Assembly (NCBI GenBank): GCA_013265495.1
Contig: MU057701.1
Coordinates: 1,054,001 to 1,118,000 of the forward strand
Source of the DNA: Vicugna vicugna
Taxonomy: Eukaryota
Direction of reading: 5' to 3'
Length of the DNA: 64,000 nt
Numbering within the stretch: position 1 is the stretch's first letter; every line of letters begins with the position of its first letter. The notes below the pieces were generated by a model, which was not told the origin of the DNA, ran no database searches, and saw nothing but the letters and a program-made list of their open reading frames with translations. The position numbers and the translations under genes were made by a program. Below, piece by piece: positions 13,069 through 25,944 of this stretch.

Positions 13069-13779
13069 TTGTTTAGCATTAATTTGATAGTAGTTGTTTT
13101 ATGATTCTTAGTCATGACTTCCCAACTAGACTATAAAATTCTTAAGGGCAGGAAATATATCTAATATTCACTTCCGGAATCCTCCCATAATGCATACATA
13201 CGTTTTTCACTTTAAAAAATAGTGCTGAGATGCTCCTATCTGGCATGAAATATTTGACACTGGACCTAGAGCTTTTTCAATAACTGAAAAAAAATTAAAA
13301 CATGTTTCTTGGAACCCTGAAAATACATACATTTGTATGGAATTTCTGTAGCTTTAGATTAGGTAGTATTTTAAGAAAACAGATTCCAGGAGCCCTTCTC
13401 ATTTTGGGGTACGAATACAATGTGATACCCTTTTCTATAATTTAAATTTTCCTCTGTTCAAATAATCAAAAGCTTATCTGCTTGAAATAGTTTTACAGAA
13501 ATTATTCCGTGATAAGAGTGCCTTTTTTCTATGTTTAAAATTTGAATGATGGGATAATTGGTTTTATGACAATTCTCTCTGTGTGTTGACAGTTTGTCAT
13601 AAAGTGTCCTTTATAGTTGCCACCTAGTATAGTTAATATCTTTTTTTGAGGATATGTGTATATATGTTAGAGAATTATATACTAATGGTATTTGAGTTTA
13701 ATAATATTGTGTATTCTTGTGTCTTTGTCTAGATTGGTTCTATGCATTTGGCTTATACACTTACACTGTAATTTTTTTC

Positions 13780-14670
13780 TTAATAAAACTTAGAAATGGA
13801 ATCATACTGTACCAAGTGTTCAATTACTTGCTTTTTTCACTTAGTTTTTAAGTTAGTCTTTTTTAACCACAATATGGATAATACAAAATGTAAGGCAAAA
13901 ATCCTAGGCAGTAATTAAAAGAGGTCGCTTGCCTTCTATTGCCGAATAGTTAGGTTGGTTGTTTTTAGCTGTTACAAATAGTTAGTGAACATTCTTATGT
14001 GTGCATCTTTTGGTTCATATTTTAGTGTATCAACAGGATATATCCCTAGAATTGCTGAGTTAGGATGATTGTATTTTAATTGTTGTCAGATATTGCAAAA
14101 TTGCCTTCAGAAAGAATGTATTAATTTATTCATAGGCATGCACAGTAAAAAAAAAAAGTTTGTTTTTAATAACCCTGAAAATACTGAGTTTTAACAGATC
14201 TTTAAACTTTTTGCCAATTTGGTGGGTAAAAAATGTTACCATGATGTTTAAGTTTAACCTCTTTGATTCTTAGTGTGGTAATCATATTTTCATATTTTTA
14301 TTTGCCATTTCTACTTCTGTGAATTCCATGCTTATATATTTAAAAAAAATTCTATTTGGGGGGATTTTTTTGTGGGGGGAGAGGTAATTAGTTTTATTTG
14401 TTTTTAATATTTTTTAAATGGAAGTACTGGGAGTTGAACCCAGGACCTTGTGCATGCTAGGCAGACACTCTACCACTGAGCTATACCCGCCCCCTCATGC
14501 TTATATATTTTTAACCATTTTTTTAATTCTGAATTTTTTCTAAGTGCTTTGTGGAAGCTCTTTATATGTTCTGGATATTAATCCTCTGTTACATTCTGTG
14601 TGTATTTTGTTTCTGTCATTTCTCTTTTAACTTTGCTTTATGGTAACTTTTGCCATACAGAAGTTTTTTT
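13780..14670 (-). mobile_element. Old L1ME-type fragment hosting a SINE
   Basis: gtgaacattcttatgtgtgcatcttttgg...cctagaattgctgag...tttatatgttctggatattaatcc. Confidence 0.65.
14342..14495 (-). mobile_element. tRNA-Ala-derived SINE (Vic-1-like)
   Basis: gaagtactgggagttgaacccaggacc...ctctaccactgagctataccc; perfect 15-bp TSD catgcttatatattt at 14327-14341 and 14496-14510. Confidence 0.92.
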
Positions 14671-15299
14671 AATGGTTACTTGTTATGATGAGTTTCAAAT
14701 TTAATATTGCATAAAGATCAAATGTGGCACTGTAGAGTTGACATTAATTAGTTACTATCCTAGGTTTTAACTTTTTAAGAAGACTTTGATAAATCTTAAC
14801 TGATCATAGTTTCATTTCATTTTCTTGCTGTTACTATAACACGGACCTTTAAAAATCATCCTTCTAAAGTATAAAGTTGCATACAGGCCTCTTTTTATTC
14901 CTAATTTTAAATTATAAGGACAGTAATTTAAATAGTTGGATTACGTCAGATGATACTGAAATGACTCAACTTTTAAGGGCAGTAATTTCTATCTGTATAG
15001 CTTTTTGTAAGTTCTTTTTTTCCCCAGAAAGTTGATTTCATTTAGAGTTCGTGCATTTTTCTGAGAAAAGAAAACCTAGAAAACCTGTTTATTTTCTGTG
15101 AAAAAGCAGGAAAAAGAAAGTGAAATCTTATATCATTTTGGACTGTAGGCTCTCTTTTCTGTTTTAATATGCATATAATTATGATGCTTGAACAAGAGAT
15201 TCTAAACATATGCAGATAGAGCTTGTGTCTCTTCAATTTTGAGCTTATTATCTATGAAGGTACTCTGGGGGAATTTCTCTCCTTAAAAAATGATTAATA

Positions 15300-15780
15300 A
15301 ACAAATGCAGGTAATGTTTAACCCATCTCAAAACATGAAATTATTAAAACTGAAAAATAACAAAAAAATTCATCTTAACCAAGTAGGTTTTCCCAAGATT
15401 GCAAGGGTGATTTAACTATAAAAGACATGTTAAGTGATCACCATATTAACAGAATAAAATAGAAAAAGTGTATGTTCATCATAATTGATGCAGGAACAAA
15501 TTTTAATACCTATTTATGTTAAAAATTACTTAGCTAATTAAGCTTAGAAGAAACTTCCTTAACTTGATAGTGGATTATCTACAAAAATCTTAAAGGAAAA
15601 ATCACATTGAATGACTGAATGATAGAAGTATTTGCTTTAAGATAAGGAATAAGAGTAGAAAGTCTGGTACTATTGCTTTTTATTCATCATTGTACTGGAA
15701 ATCACAAGAAGTACTTATAAGACAAGAAAATATATGTAAGAATTAGGAAGGAAGACATAAAACCACAAATGACATAAAAA
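15300..15780 (+). mobile_element. Old L1 ORF2 (RT region) remnant
   Basis: accaagtaggttttcccaagattgcaagggtgatttaac...caccatattaacagaataaa...aattgatgcag...aacttccttaacttgata. Confidence 0.7.
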
Positions 15781-15873
15781 CGTAGGGCTAAGGATAGTAC
15801 CCTGGGATAATAATCACCACGTTTGAGGGTAGACCTAAAGGAGCCAACAAAAATTGTGCTGATCTAATTTTTT

Positions 15874-16481
15874 TCTGGAGGTCTATTTTTATTTATTTAT
15901 TTTAATTGAAGTACAGTCAATTATAGTATGTCAGTTTCTGGTATACAACACAATGTCCCAGTCATGCATGTACATACATATATTCATTTTCATGTTTTTT
16001 TTTTTGTTAAGGGTTATTACAAGAAATTGAATAGTTTCCTATGCTATACAGAAGAAACTTTTTTTTAAAATCTATTTTTATATATGGTGTCTAACATTCG
16101 TAAATCTCAAACTCTCAAATTTATCTCTTCCCCTTTCCCTGGTAACTGTAAGATTGTTATGTTTGCGAGTCTGTTTCTGTAGATGAGTTCATAGTATCTT
16201 TTTTTGTTTTTAGATTCCACATGTGAGTGATATCATATGTTATTTTTCTTTCTGTTTCTGGCTTCACTTAGAATGGCGATCTCTAGGTCCATCCATGTTG
16301 CTGCAAATGGCATTATTTTATTTTTTATGGCTGAGTAGTATTCCATTGTATAGCTACACCACAACTTCTTTATCTAGTCATCTGTCAGTGGATATTTAGG
16401 TTGCTTCCATGTCTTGGCTATTGTGTATAGTGCTGCTATGAACATTGGGGTGCATGTATCTTTTCAAATTAGAGTTCCCTC
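15874..16481 (-). mobile_element. Young 5'-truncated L1 3' end
   Basis: tagattccacatgtgagtgatatcat...ccatgttgctgcaaatggc...gaacattggggtgcatgtatcttttc; TSD ctgatct(a/g)atttttt at 15859-15873 and 16482-16496. Confidence 0.92.
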
Positions 16482-17479
16482 CTGATCTGATTTTTTGATG
16501 TAAATATGGTAAACATATTTCTGCTACTATATTTGACAGTTTAATGTTTTACTTGTAATAAACCATCAAAGTTGTTTGCCTCATTTTGGGAATAAAGCAC
16601 CAATGAATCTTTTTGTGTCTAGCAGAATGGTCATTTTTGGTGTTAAAACAGACCAAGCTGCAGATAATCTCTGAGAGTTACTTTAGATTTCACTTTGAGA
16701 GTTATTTTGGAGTTACACTTCCTTGACAAAGAAGATTTTATATGATAGTATTCACCAATAATTGGTGAATTTGCAGTTATTTCTCAATTGACTCTGAAAT
16801 AAATTACCTTCATTGCCTGTGGATATTCATTAATTCTACTGCCTGCTTTGTCAAAATGAAGCTCTGAATTTTGTATTGTGGCTATAGGGATGAATGGAAA
16901 GATGAATGAGGCAATCTCTCCTCTTCTGGAGACCAGTTGATAACTGCAGTGATAAAAATTACATAAACAAATGTTTCATTGGCATCTGTTCTATAAAGGG
17001 ATGTGTATCAAATATATTATGGGAAAATAACGAAGTAAGGGGACCTATTTTTGTGTTTTCTGTTCTTTTCTATCATTTCTGTCTATTAATGCACCAACAT
17101 CCATGTCTGTTTATGTGTTAGTGGTTTTAATTATAGAGGTTTCGTAGTTTCAGTGTCTGGTGGGGCTAGGTCTCTCCTTCCCCTTGTAGCTTTTCCTTTT
17201 CTCGCTATTCTTTTATTATAGTTTCATGTATACTTAGGTATCAGTTTTTCTAGCTCCAGAAAATGATTGCTAGTATTTTACTGGAATTTCATTTAAATTC
17301 ATAAATTAACATAGAGCAGTATTTTGATGATTTTGAGTGAAATAGTCTGATCAAGAACAAAGGATTTTATTTAATTGTGACCAGTGTTTGTACTATTTCT
17401 GCTTTATGGAGCTTTCTGATGTTTTTGGTGGGGAGCCTCCTAATATACACCAAGAATAAAACAATTCTTTACCAAAGTC

Positions 17480-17660
17480 ATCTCATTTAATTCTCTAAGT
17501 AATTCTGTGAAGTCGGTGTGTACAAATATTACCATCATAGCATCATCAGAGAACACTGATCTCAGAGAGGTTAATTAATTTGTCCAAGGGCTCAAAGCCA
17601 GTAAGTATAGGGGTGCTAGAATTTGAACATAGATGTGTTTTGCTCTTATCCCTGTGCTCT
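17480..17660. mobile_element. MIR SINE
   Basis: actgatctcagagaggttaattaatttgtccaagg core. Confidence 0.7.
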
Positions 17661-18194
17661 GTGTTATACTGTGTTCCTAAATTGTTCAAATCTCTTGACA
17701 AAGAGATCTGGAGGCCTTTGAACAGTCCCCTCTCCCAACAGTTCATTTTTGTCTCACACAGCTAAGGAAGAAAAAAGGGGGGGGATACAGACGTATTTGT
17801 AACTTCCTCTAGAAACAGGTTTTAGGTCGAATAGGCTGAGTGAGTGTTTTGAATTAAGAAGAGTTTGGTTTTTTCCCTGCCCATCTCTCTCTCAACAGCT
17901 GACTGTAAGTCAATTGGAGATTCATTTATTTGGCAAATGTTCCCTGGGAAGGTTGATGTTGGGAGAGTGTTGGGGCATGGTGAGTTATTAACCATGTGGT
18001 GTAATTACACAGGCTACCTTGGCCATTCTGCCTTCAGGCATCTGATCTAATGGAGAAAATTGTGAATTTTCTTTTCTTTTTTAAACAGAGAGGCTTAGAA
18101 GAACACTATAGAGTTATAGGTGGTTAATAGATGATGAGAGGCATATGATAGTAAGTACTGCTTCACTGGGTGATGACATGGTGATCTTCTCTAA

Positions 18195-18320
18195 ACTTTT
18201 TCTTCTGTAAAAATGGGAATATTATTATTAATCCAGAGAATTTAATGAGCTAATCCATATGAAGTGCTTAGCACAGTGCCTGAGAAGTAGTAAACACTCA
18301 ATAAATATTAGTTATTATTG
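18195..18320. mobile_element. MIR SINE
   Basis: tctgtaaaaatgggaata...gaagtgcttagcacagtgcctg...aaacactcaataaatattag. Confidence 0.75.
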
Positions 18321-20829
18321 TGTAAATACTTTTAACACCCAATGAACAGGGTGTGAAAATGAGAAATGAGTTCAAAAGTAGAATTTAGGATCTTGCCATG
18401 TTTCTCTGGTGGTTTTTTGTTTGTTTTTGAAGGTAATTGGTTAAGTACATTTTGTGTTATGAAAGAGTAGGAGCGTGGGCTGGTGTATTCATCGGTCAAG
18501 GCCAGTTAGTATTCCTTTGGGGATTTGGAACTTTGTCCTATCCAGGTACCCTTTTCCACTTCTTTCAGAATTTAAATACCCACATGTGCCTCTCATATTC
18601 AAAGTTCTTCAGCTCATTTCCTTTAACCTCCGCATTTCTTCTTTTCAAGTCTGACTTTTAGAAGAGTCCTCTACTCTCATTTCTATCCTCATTTCTCACC
18701 TTTCATTTATGTGCTAATCCAGGTTTTGCTCAGTACTCTTCCAAAACTGTTTTGTGGTGCAGATAATGGTAATTGATAAAATGAATGGTGATTTTTCTCT
18801 TACCCTTCGCTACTTCATTTGACTAGTAGTTGCTTTTTGAAGACAACCTAGAGCTAGTTAAGTGCTAGTGAAAGGGCGTCAGGCGATGTTTCAGGATCTC
18901 CCTCAATTGTACGAGGAAAGCCCTTCTTCCCAGGCTTTCAAGGAGACTGTGAAAGCAAATTGTCCTTATCTTTGTCAGTTCAGCTGATGAGAGACAAACT
19001 TTGGGTAATTCTTATAGTTTTCTAAGGAAAATTTAAAAAACCTATTTGAGCTAAATTTATTTCAACTCTGGATGGACCATCACTTTTCTCTCTGTTAATG
19101 GTTGTCCTCTGTTAATGCCTTTCAGTAGAAGTTTTTAGCTCTGACAGTGTTAATAGACAGTTCTCCTGCCTTATTGCTTACTCCAACCTGTTGCACCAGT
19201 TTGGGTGTGGTGGCAAGAACTAATTTCATGTCTTTTGGCAGATTAGTTCTCTGCACACTTGCAGAGTAACATGCTTTCTTTCTTTTGTGGCATTTAATTT
19301 GGGATTGTATATTTTTAGAAATTCCCAGTTGACTGATAAGTTCAAATGAAGTTGTTTTCTGCTTGATGCAGGCATGAAGACTCATAAAAATCCAAAATAA
19401 AACAAAAAAAACTCTTGCTTAGGATCTTTGCTAATTACTTAATCTATATTAACTTTATATTTCACCACCTAGGGGCAACAGGAGGTGATTATTCCCTGTA
19501 GTCACCTCCAGTGTCTAGTCTTTCCTGTCATTCATTGTCCTTTTTGTAAAACCACCTTGTTCACTGAGGTCAAATTTACAGCTAATCTTCATTTATAAGT
19601 GCATTTCTGGGTTCAAACTGTGTATCTATAGTCGAAATACAAGTAATTTCATGTCTCTCAGCTTGACACTTCTTTAAAATATGAAGTAAGTCCTTCCAGG
19701 TACCTTTTGTAATTTCTCAGCTCCTTCTAAACCTAACTACACTTAGGGTTAATGTCTTTATAAGTTTTCTCTATATCTCCTCCTAGGCCCGAGCCTTTAC
19801 TTTCTCTACTAGCAGACTAGATTTCTGGATATGTATTTCTCTTGCAGGCAGGACACCAAATTCATTTCCTAAAGAGTTTAGATCAAAACTTCTCTCAAGG
19901 GAGCCTCCCATGTGGTTGTTCTTCTAGGCTCTTCTTGTAGGAGGTTTCTGAATAGGCTTTCCTTGGTTCTGGATAGTTACTTTAAATGTCTACTGTTATG
20001 GTTGTTTCTCCTGGCCTCTATTCTCTTAGTTCTGTTTTTTTATTTGATTTCTGCCTCTTTTTGCTATGTTATTCTTGAAATTCTATTAACATGCTGTTTA
20101 TCTCAGCTTCTTTTCTCAAAACTAACTTACCTGTCATTCTCTCTAGCCTTTGTTTCTACTGCAGCACTAATAAGATGTCTTCATCAAGATTCTGACCTAG
20201 AACATTAGTCCCAATCTCCAAGATTCTTTCCCGGGTCATCTCTGGAAATTTCATCTCTTTAGAAACTATGGCTTACTCTGTTCTGGTTACCCCTTTAATT
20301 CCAGTGCAGTGATAATTGCTCTAACTTACTCTTTACAATTTATAATCATGTTTTGGGGAAGGATGCAGTTGCCACAGTAGATGAGGGGAGCTATTTTCTC
20401 TTTAGATTTTACCCATAAGTAAATAGCAAAGTGTAGTGGAAGGATTTTGTAGTGAGAAAAAAAATTGAATTTTAAATCTTCCTTTTCCAGCTTTGTAGTT
20501 TTGAGGCCTTGAATCTCAATTTTCTCATCAGGAAAACTGTATCTGCCTCACACAATTATTGTGGGACTAAAAGGACAGTCTATGTAAAAGATGCTAACTA
20601 GATGATAGTGAGCTCTACATAGCAAAGATTTTTTTCCCCTTTGAGAAATGGGCCTCAGTTAACTAACATAACTGTGGTAATCATTTTGTGTTATGTATGT
20701 GTATCAAATCACTGTATTGTACATTTTAAACTTACACAATGTTATATGTCAATTTTATTTCAATAAGGATGGAAAAAACCCAGACCTCTAAGACCATTAA
20801 AGTAGTGACAGTCCAACATACCAAGAGCA

Positions 20830-21355
20830 TCGTTCATTCAGTAAAGAAATAATTTTTTGAGTAGTTGATATGTGTCAGGCACTGTGGTAGGAGAATAGGT
20901 GTTAAGAAGGCATTATCTTTATTTGTAAGGAACTACAGTGTGGTATTTCAGTATATTTTGCTAAAGGCTATGGTAGAGATAAACGCAATACTATAAAGTA
21001 GACTAAGAAAGGAAAACCAAACTTGGCCAGGTTGGTAAAAATCTGAGTAGGTATTAAGGATCACTTTCTCCTGGGAAATGATGGTTGAGTTCAGTTTTTA
21101 AGGGTTAGTAGGATTTAGCCAGGTGTGTAAGCTGGGGTTCAGAAGGAGGCATTGTGTATTGAAGGAGTTTGGTGTTTGAAGGGTACATGTGACTGTATAG
21201 TGAGATTAGGCTGGAGAAGATGGTGTTCAGGGACCAAATAATGAAGTACCGTGTATGCTAAGGTGTTATGACAAGCTGTTGAAGAATTTTAAGCAAGTAA
21301 GTCTGAGTTCTGTTTTAGAAAGTTTACTGTAGAAGGTGTATGGATGATGGCTAAA
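20830..21355 (-). mobile_element. L2 3' fragment
   Basis: ttcattcagtaaa...ttttgagtag...atgtgtcaggcactgtggtagg...gaattttaagcaag. Confidence 0.65.
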
Positions 21356-21465
21356 GATTAATTTCTAAACTGCCTTGTGATTATGTGGATTGGTAATGCT
21401 ATTAAAATGGAGGCGAGAAGGTGAACATGAATTAGAATTCAATAGTGGGGAGAACCCTAGAAACA

Positions 21466-21853
21466 GTTACTAAAGAGAACAGTAAAGACTATTAGAGACC
21501 AAACATTGTGCATTGAATGAAGAATTGTTACTGCCAAACAGGGAACCTGATACAGCACAGGGTCTAGGTAGGCTCTGGGGGAGGGGGCATCGTTAGGAGA
21601 AGGAGAGATGGAGTTGGTCTTTTAAGGCCAAAGGCCGTGAGATATCTCTGTTCTGTATTAGGAAAGCAAAGTCTCTGAGTGTTGTTGATAGGCAGGTAAT
21701 ACAGGTATTTGTTGGTCAGATGAGCAGTGAACTGGCCAGAAGTAGTCTGGGTATGTGTGTCTTGAGTGTATGTGTATGTGCCTTCTTGAGATTATAGTGT
21801 GTAACTAGCTGCCAGTGAACAGTCTTAACTGTACCAGGAACTAGACGTAGTCA
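21466..21853 (-). mobile_element. 3' LTR of an ancient class I ERV (shorter copy)
   Basis: Collinear with 25389-25937 (attagagaccaaa, ggaacctgat(a/c)cagc, gtgttgttg, agattat, gtcttaa); followed on + by gtcccac, a degenerate polypurine tract on the minus strand. Confidence 0.75.
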
Positions 21854-24800
21854 GTCCCACTATACTAAGAGAAGACAATTACTTGGTGTTTGAATTAAAT
21901 CACCAGAAGACTACTATAACAAATTTTTTTAAAAGAACGAATTATTCTGTGTTTTGTTCCATTATCTAGTGCAGAAGCTGTCTATATATGTAATCATTAG
22001 CTTGATCTGTGGTGCTGGGGCAAGTTGTGAGTTTGTTGGAGTCATCTACTTCTGGAGTCCTTTTAATTAGACGCGGTTTAAGGTCTTACAGGGGCATGGA
22101 AGTCTAGATTAGTAGCTTGTTTTCACTCTGACACACCCATACATCAACACCTTGAAGCTTGACTGTTGTAGCTGTTGACAGGAGGACCTGAAATGGTCCC
22201 TTTAGGTAAAGTTCTTTTCAGAGAGGTAGGGTGGCTTATACTTGCTGGATGAAAGACTGGGTAAATCAGGGTTGTCACTGACAGTAGTGAGATTTCCATG
22301 TTAGAGCACAGAATAAGTTTTTAGTGGAGTTGAATTCCAGTCACATTGGACATACTGTAATTATTTCATGAAGAGAAAAGTCTGTGTGAGCTCTGAGGGA
22401 ACAATTGCTTGGCCATTAGTGCTAGTGGCAACACTTGAGGCTAGGAAAAAAAAATGAAAGTTTTCTGAAACCTTGAGTGTAATTAAGCAGTGAACCTGCT
22501 TCAGTGCCTACGGGTTCAATGGTAATAGTGTATCCTGCACAGGGAATGTCTTTGCCGTTTCTCAGGTAAGTCTTTCCACAAACAGTATTATATCAGAGTT
22601 GACAAAAGGGGACATAACTCTGATCAGAGTTAGGCATAATTAACTTTTGAGTTATTGTTAAACAGTTAAGTAATTCCCCTTAATCTGAAGAGGCAGTTAT
22701 GTTACATGATTAGGTTTTGAACAAAGTTGAAGAGTGATACACAAAGTGAATAAAAGACGATTTTATAAGAGGTACGATGGTTGACGGAAATGTTGAATGT
22801 TGCTTAGAAGTAACAAGAATTGTGTAGTATATAGGACCTATCAAGTGAATGAAGAAGGTGCCACCAAATGCAGAGAGGGTATGTCTCAATAAGCAATGGA
22901 CTTCTGATGTGGACAGTGCTGTTAACTTACTTATGGAAGGAATGGAGCATAGGGGGAGATATTTAATAGCCACTGCAAATCTAAGGAGTCTAATTCTATT
23001 GATTACCCTGAGATCTGGAACAAATCTATAATCTTTTCCATTAGGTTTCTGAAGAAGTAGTAGGGGAGTATTATGAAAGACAGAAAGTTTTCTAATAAAA
23101 ACTCAGTATGAGTTATATTCCTGATAACCACTTCAGGTTTAAATGGGACTGAAGCATGGCTTTAAAAAGATCAGTTTGAACTCTTAATAGAGTCAGCACC
23201 GTGTATTCTGCCTATGTCAGTAAAATCTTTAGCTCAGAGTACACGTATCTGATTTAACAGTAGTTTAGAAGAGACCAGTATGTGTAAGAAAACAAGAGTG
23301 TCTAGGGCTGCTGTAACTTGGTTTTGTGTACGCTTTTCATTTGGGATCTCTAAATACATGCTTTCTGTAGAGCATTGAATTTGACAATGCTACCTACATA
23401 ACAATCCTCAATGTAGTAGATTATCCAGAGCAGAGGTCACACTATGAGAAGGTATCTTCCTTTTCTAATGGACTGCTTGAAATTGGTAAAAGTTAGGAGA
23501 CTGGGAACATAATAGGGTTATTGGTGATACTCACCACTGTTATTGTCTTCATGCTGTGAGGAAGAGTAGAAAGGAATTTAAGGTAGAAACAGAAGGTCCT
23601 GTACCCAGGAATTTGTAGGCCTGTTCTTGAACAGAAAATAGACTTCATTTTGTCTAGTAACAGCGGAATGTATAATAGGGCATTATGGAGATGTTCAGAG
23701 ACATGTCATTACTGTGCATCTCTAACTTGGCTTATTGAACTCCTTCCTCAGTTTTCAAGCGATAGTAATTTTTCCAGCACCTGAACTCTCTATGGATTCA
23801 GCAAACCCCTGGGACAGTTCTTTTCCTTATCTGTCATGGGAGGGGATGTTAGACTTTAACTAGAAGAGACTTGTGGGTTTTTTCCCCCCTTTTCATTCTT
23901 TCAGAGTTCTTTGACAATATTCTTTTGTAATTCATCTAAATAATCTATTTGCTAATCCACTGACATTCTTCTCACTAATCTGGTTATTTCTGGTTTTAAT
24001 CCATTAAAGGGCTGCCAAGATCTTGTAGTTGTCTGCCTCTAGGTCTATATCAAAATATTTCCTACAAATTTCTAAAATTTTCTGCTTATGAATGATTCTG
24101 CTTGCAATTTTGGATTTTGGGTCAATCTACTTTGGTAAGAAAGACTTCTAGGATGGCCAGAAGCTAACGCTTTCCTATGTCTTCAGCTTTCTTTAAACTT
24201 TCTTCTGATTTGTGATAATCTGATCTGCATTAGGATCCCAACCTGTTTTTCAAACCATCTTTGACCTTCTGTTGGGAAACCAGTAGTATTAGTCTGTATA
24301 AGCTTGTGGAGTTCTGGAAAATCTGGTGGGTATAGGTGTCTGAAAGTGTTCTGAATTCCTCAGAAAACCTTTGGTTCTCAGTGGGCTTGGGGATTCTGTC
24401 TGACCAGAGTTTGAAAGCAACAGCGTGGCCTTGTATTGAAGAGTAGGGGGATAACTCTAATGGAAATTGTGTGATTGTCTCTTCCTTACTGTGTGGCACT
24501 CAGCAATAATAAGGGAGGAGATAGAACCATGATATCTAAGGGAGGAAGATGCTAGGAAAACTCATGATGGTAAAGAAGTTGTGGGAGACATATGAGGTTT
24601 TCATTTGAAGAGTCAGAACAGTCTAGGATTCTAGAAGATGGGATAAATACTGAGCTTTGGAGACAGGAAGCCAGGAACAGAAGAAACTGCTTTTTCTTTA
24701 GCTTTTGCCAGGGAATCCTTCAAGGAAGTCTTGGTTTACCAGTTTAAGAAGGCAGACTATTGCCTTGGGGGAGAGTTACCTCCTTTGGTTTTAAGGCATT

Positions 24801-25388
24801 GCAGACGTATCAGAAGTTGTTGAAATCAAAAGTTCCCCAAAGTGGCTGCTACAATTATAAACTATACTTTGTGTAATTATGCCAAATTATTAGACATGTA
24901 TGTGAACTTGAATTATAATGAATATACATATACTTGATTCTTTGAATTGACAGTCTCCACAACAAATACCAGAAAGGAGATTCCTTTACCATTTGGTGGA
25001 CAAATGTATACAGAATACCTAGGCAGTTGAGAGAGACCATACTGCAGTCCTTGAATCTGGCCCAAATCATGAGTTTTCTGAGAAACCTCTTCATCAAGAC
25101 TTCAGTGGATCAACAACAGAACATATATAGAATAGATTCTCCTCTCTTTGTATCACTCAAGAAAGAGACCAGATTTTTTCTACCCACAAGAAACTAGATG
25201 GCTCTAAGCCAGAATAAACAGAAACTTGTGAGACAGAACAGAACAAACTCTTAGCTTAAATCAGCTGAATCACCATCAGAAGGTGCCAAAAACGTGCTAA
25301 ATCCAGGACTCAGCAGGTTTTTAAGTGTTGGTGGTCTGTCAGCTTCACTGGGTAGCTCAATCATGTGATCTCTGTGGGACCTCCAAAC
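21854..25388 (-). mobile_element. Decayed ERV1 (gamma/epsilon-like) internal region: PBS-gag-pro-partial pol, no env
   Basis: Minus-strand peptides in retroviral order: Gag PLWGTFD (24845-24825); Gag FKLWSDRIPKPTENQRFSEEFRTLSDTY (ORF 24230..24499); protease-like FLGTGPSVSTLN (~23610-23575); RT NTPLLLLQKPNGKDYRFVPDLRVINRI (23072-22992); IN C-terminus KGPFQVLLSTATTVKLQGVDVWV (22202-22134). Confidence 0.9.
25368..25385 (-). promoter_or_regulatory. Retroviral primer-binding site, tRNA-Gln
   Basis: + strand atctctgtgggacctcca versus recalled tRNA-Gln 3' end atctcggtgggacctcca (17/18); 3 nt from the LTR edge (tg at 25389-25390). Confidence 0.85.
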
Positions 25389-25937
25389 TGTTAAAGAAAG
25401 CATAATGATTTTATTAGAGACCAAAGATGCTGCACTAAGTTAAAAAAATTTTATCACCAAGAAGCATGGAACCTGATCCAGCCCAAAATCTAAAGCAGGT
25501 CCTCAGGGATGGGTTCAGGGCAGGAGAAATGGGGTAGGTCCTTTAAAGCCAGAAGATCATGAATTATCTTTATTTCATAGTAAAAGAGCCAAATCTTTGG
25601 GTGTTGTTGTTTGGCTGGTGACATCTGGGTTTATTGGTTGGTAAGTACTGGACTGGCTGGAAATAGTCAATAGCATACGTGTGGTACGAAATTATGATGT
25701 CCAGCTGCCTCTGTGTGATATGTCCAAGTTAAGATTATGTCACCCAGCTGCTGCATTGGCATCAGCAGGTGAGGTGGCCATGTCAAGGTTTATTAGAGTT
25801 TAGTAGTTGTCTGGATATTGACGGTGTGGGTGTTAGGAGAGAGGTTTGCATATGGTTCTGTACCTGTAGACTTTGAAAGGTGGCCTAGTAGAGAAAAATG
25901 GGCCAGCTTTAATAGGTCTTAATCTGTTCGTAATTCA
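25389..25937 (-). mobile_element. 5' LTR of the ancient class I ERV
   Basis: tg...ca bounded on +; diverged direct repeat of 21466-21853; abuts the PBS. The distal edge is approximate. Confidence 0.75.
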
Positions 25938-25944
25938 TCTAATA

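Noticed and set aside
19464..19478. CTCF sites at 19464 and ~54243
   Set aside because: Mismatches or a missing base in the core AG(G/A) positions.
24230..25097. Domesticated gag gene
   Set aside because: The open segments are short, and the Gag motifs are broken by stops and frameshifts.
25368..25385. tRNA-Gln gene or pseudogene
   Set aside because: Only the 3' 18 nt including CCA are present, directly beside an LTR, so it is a PBS.
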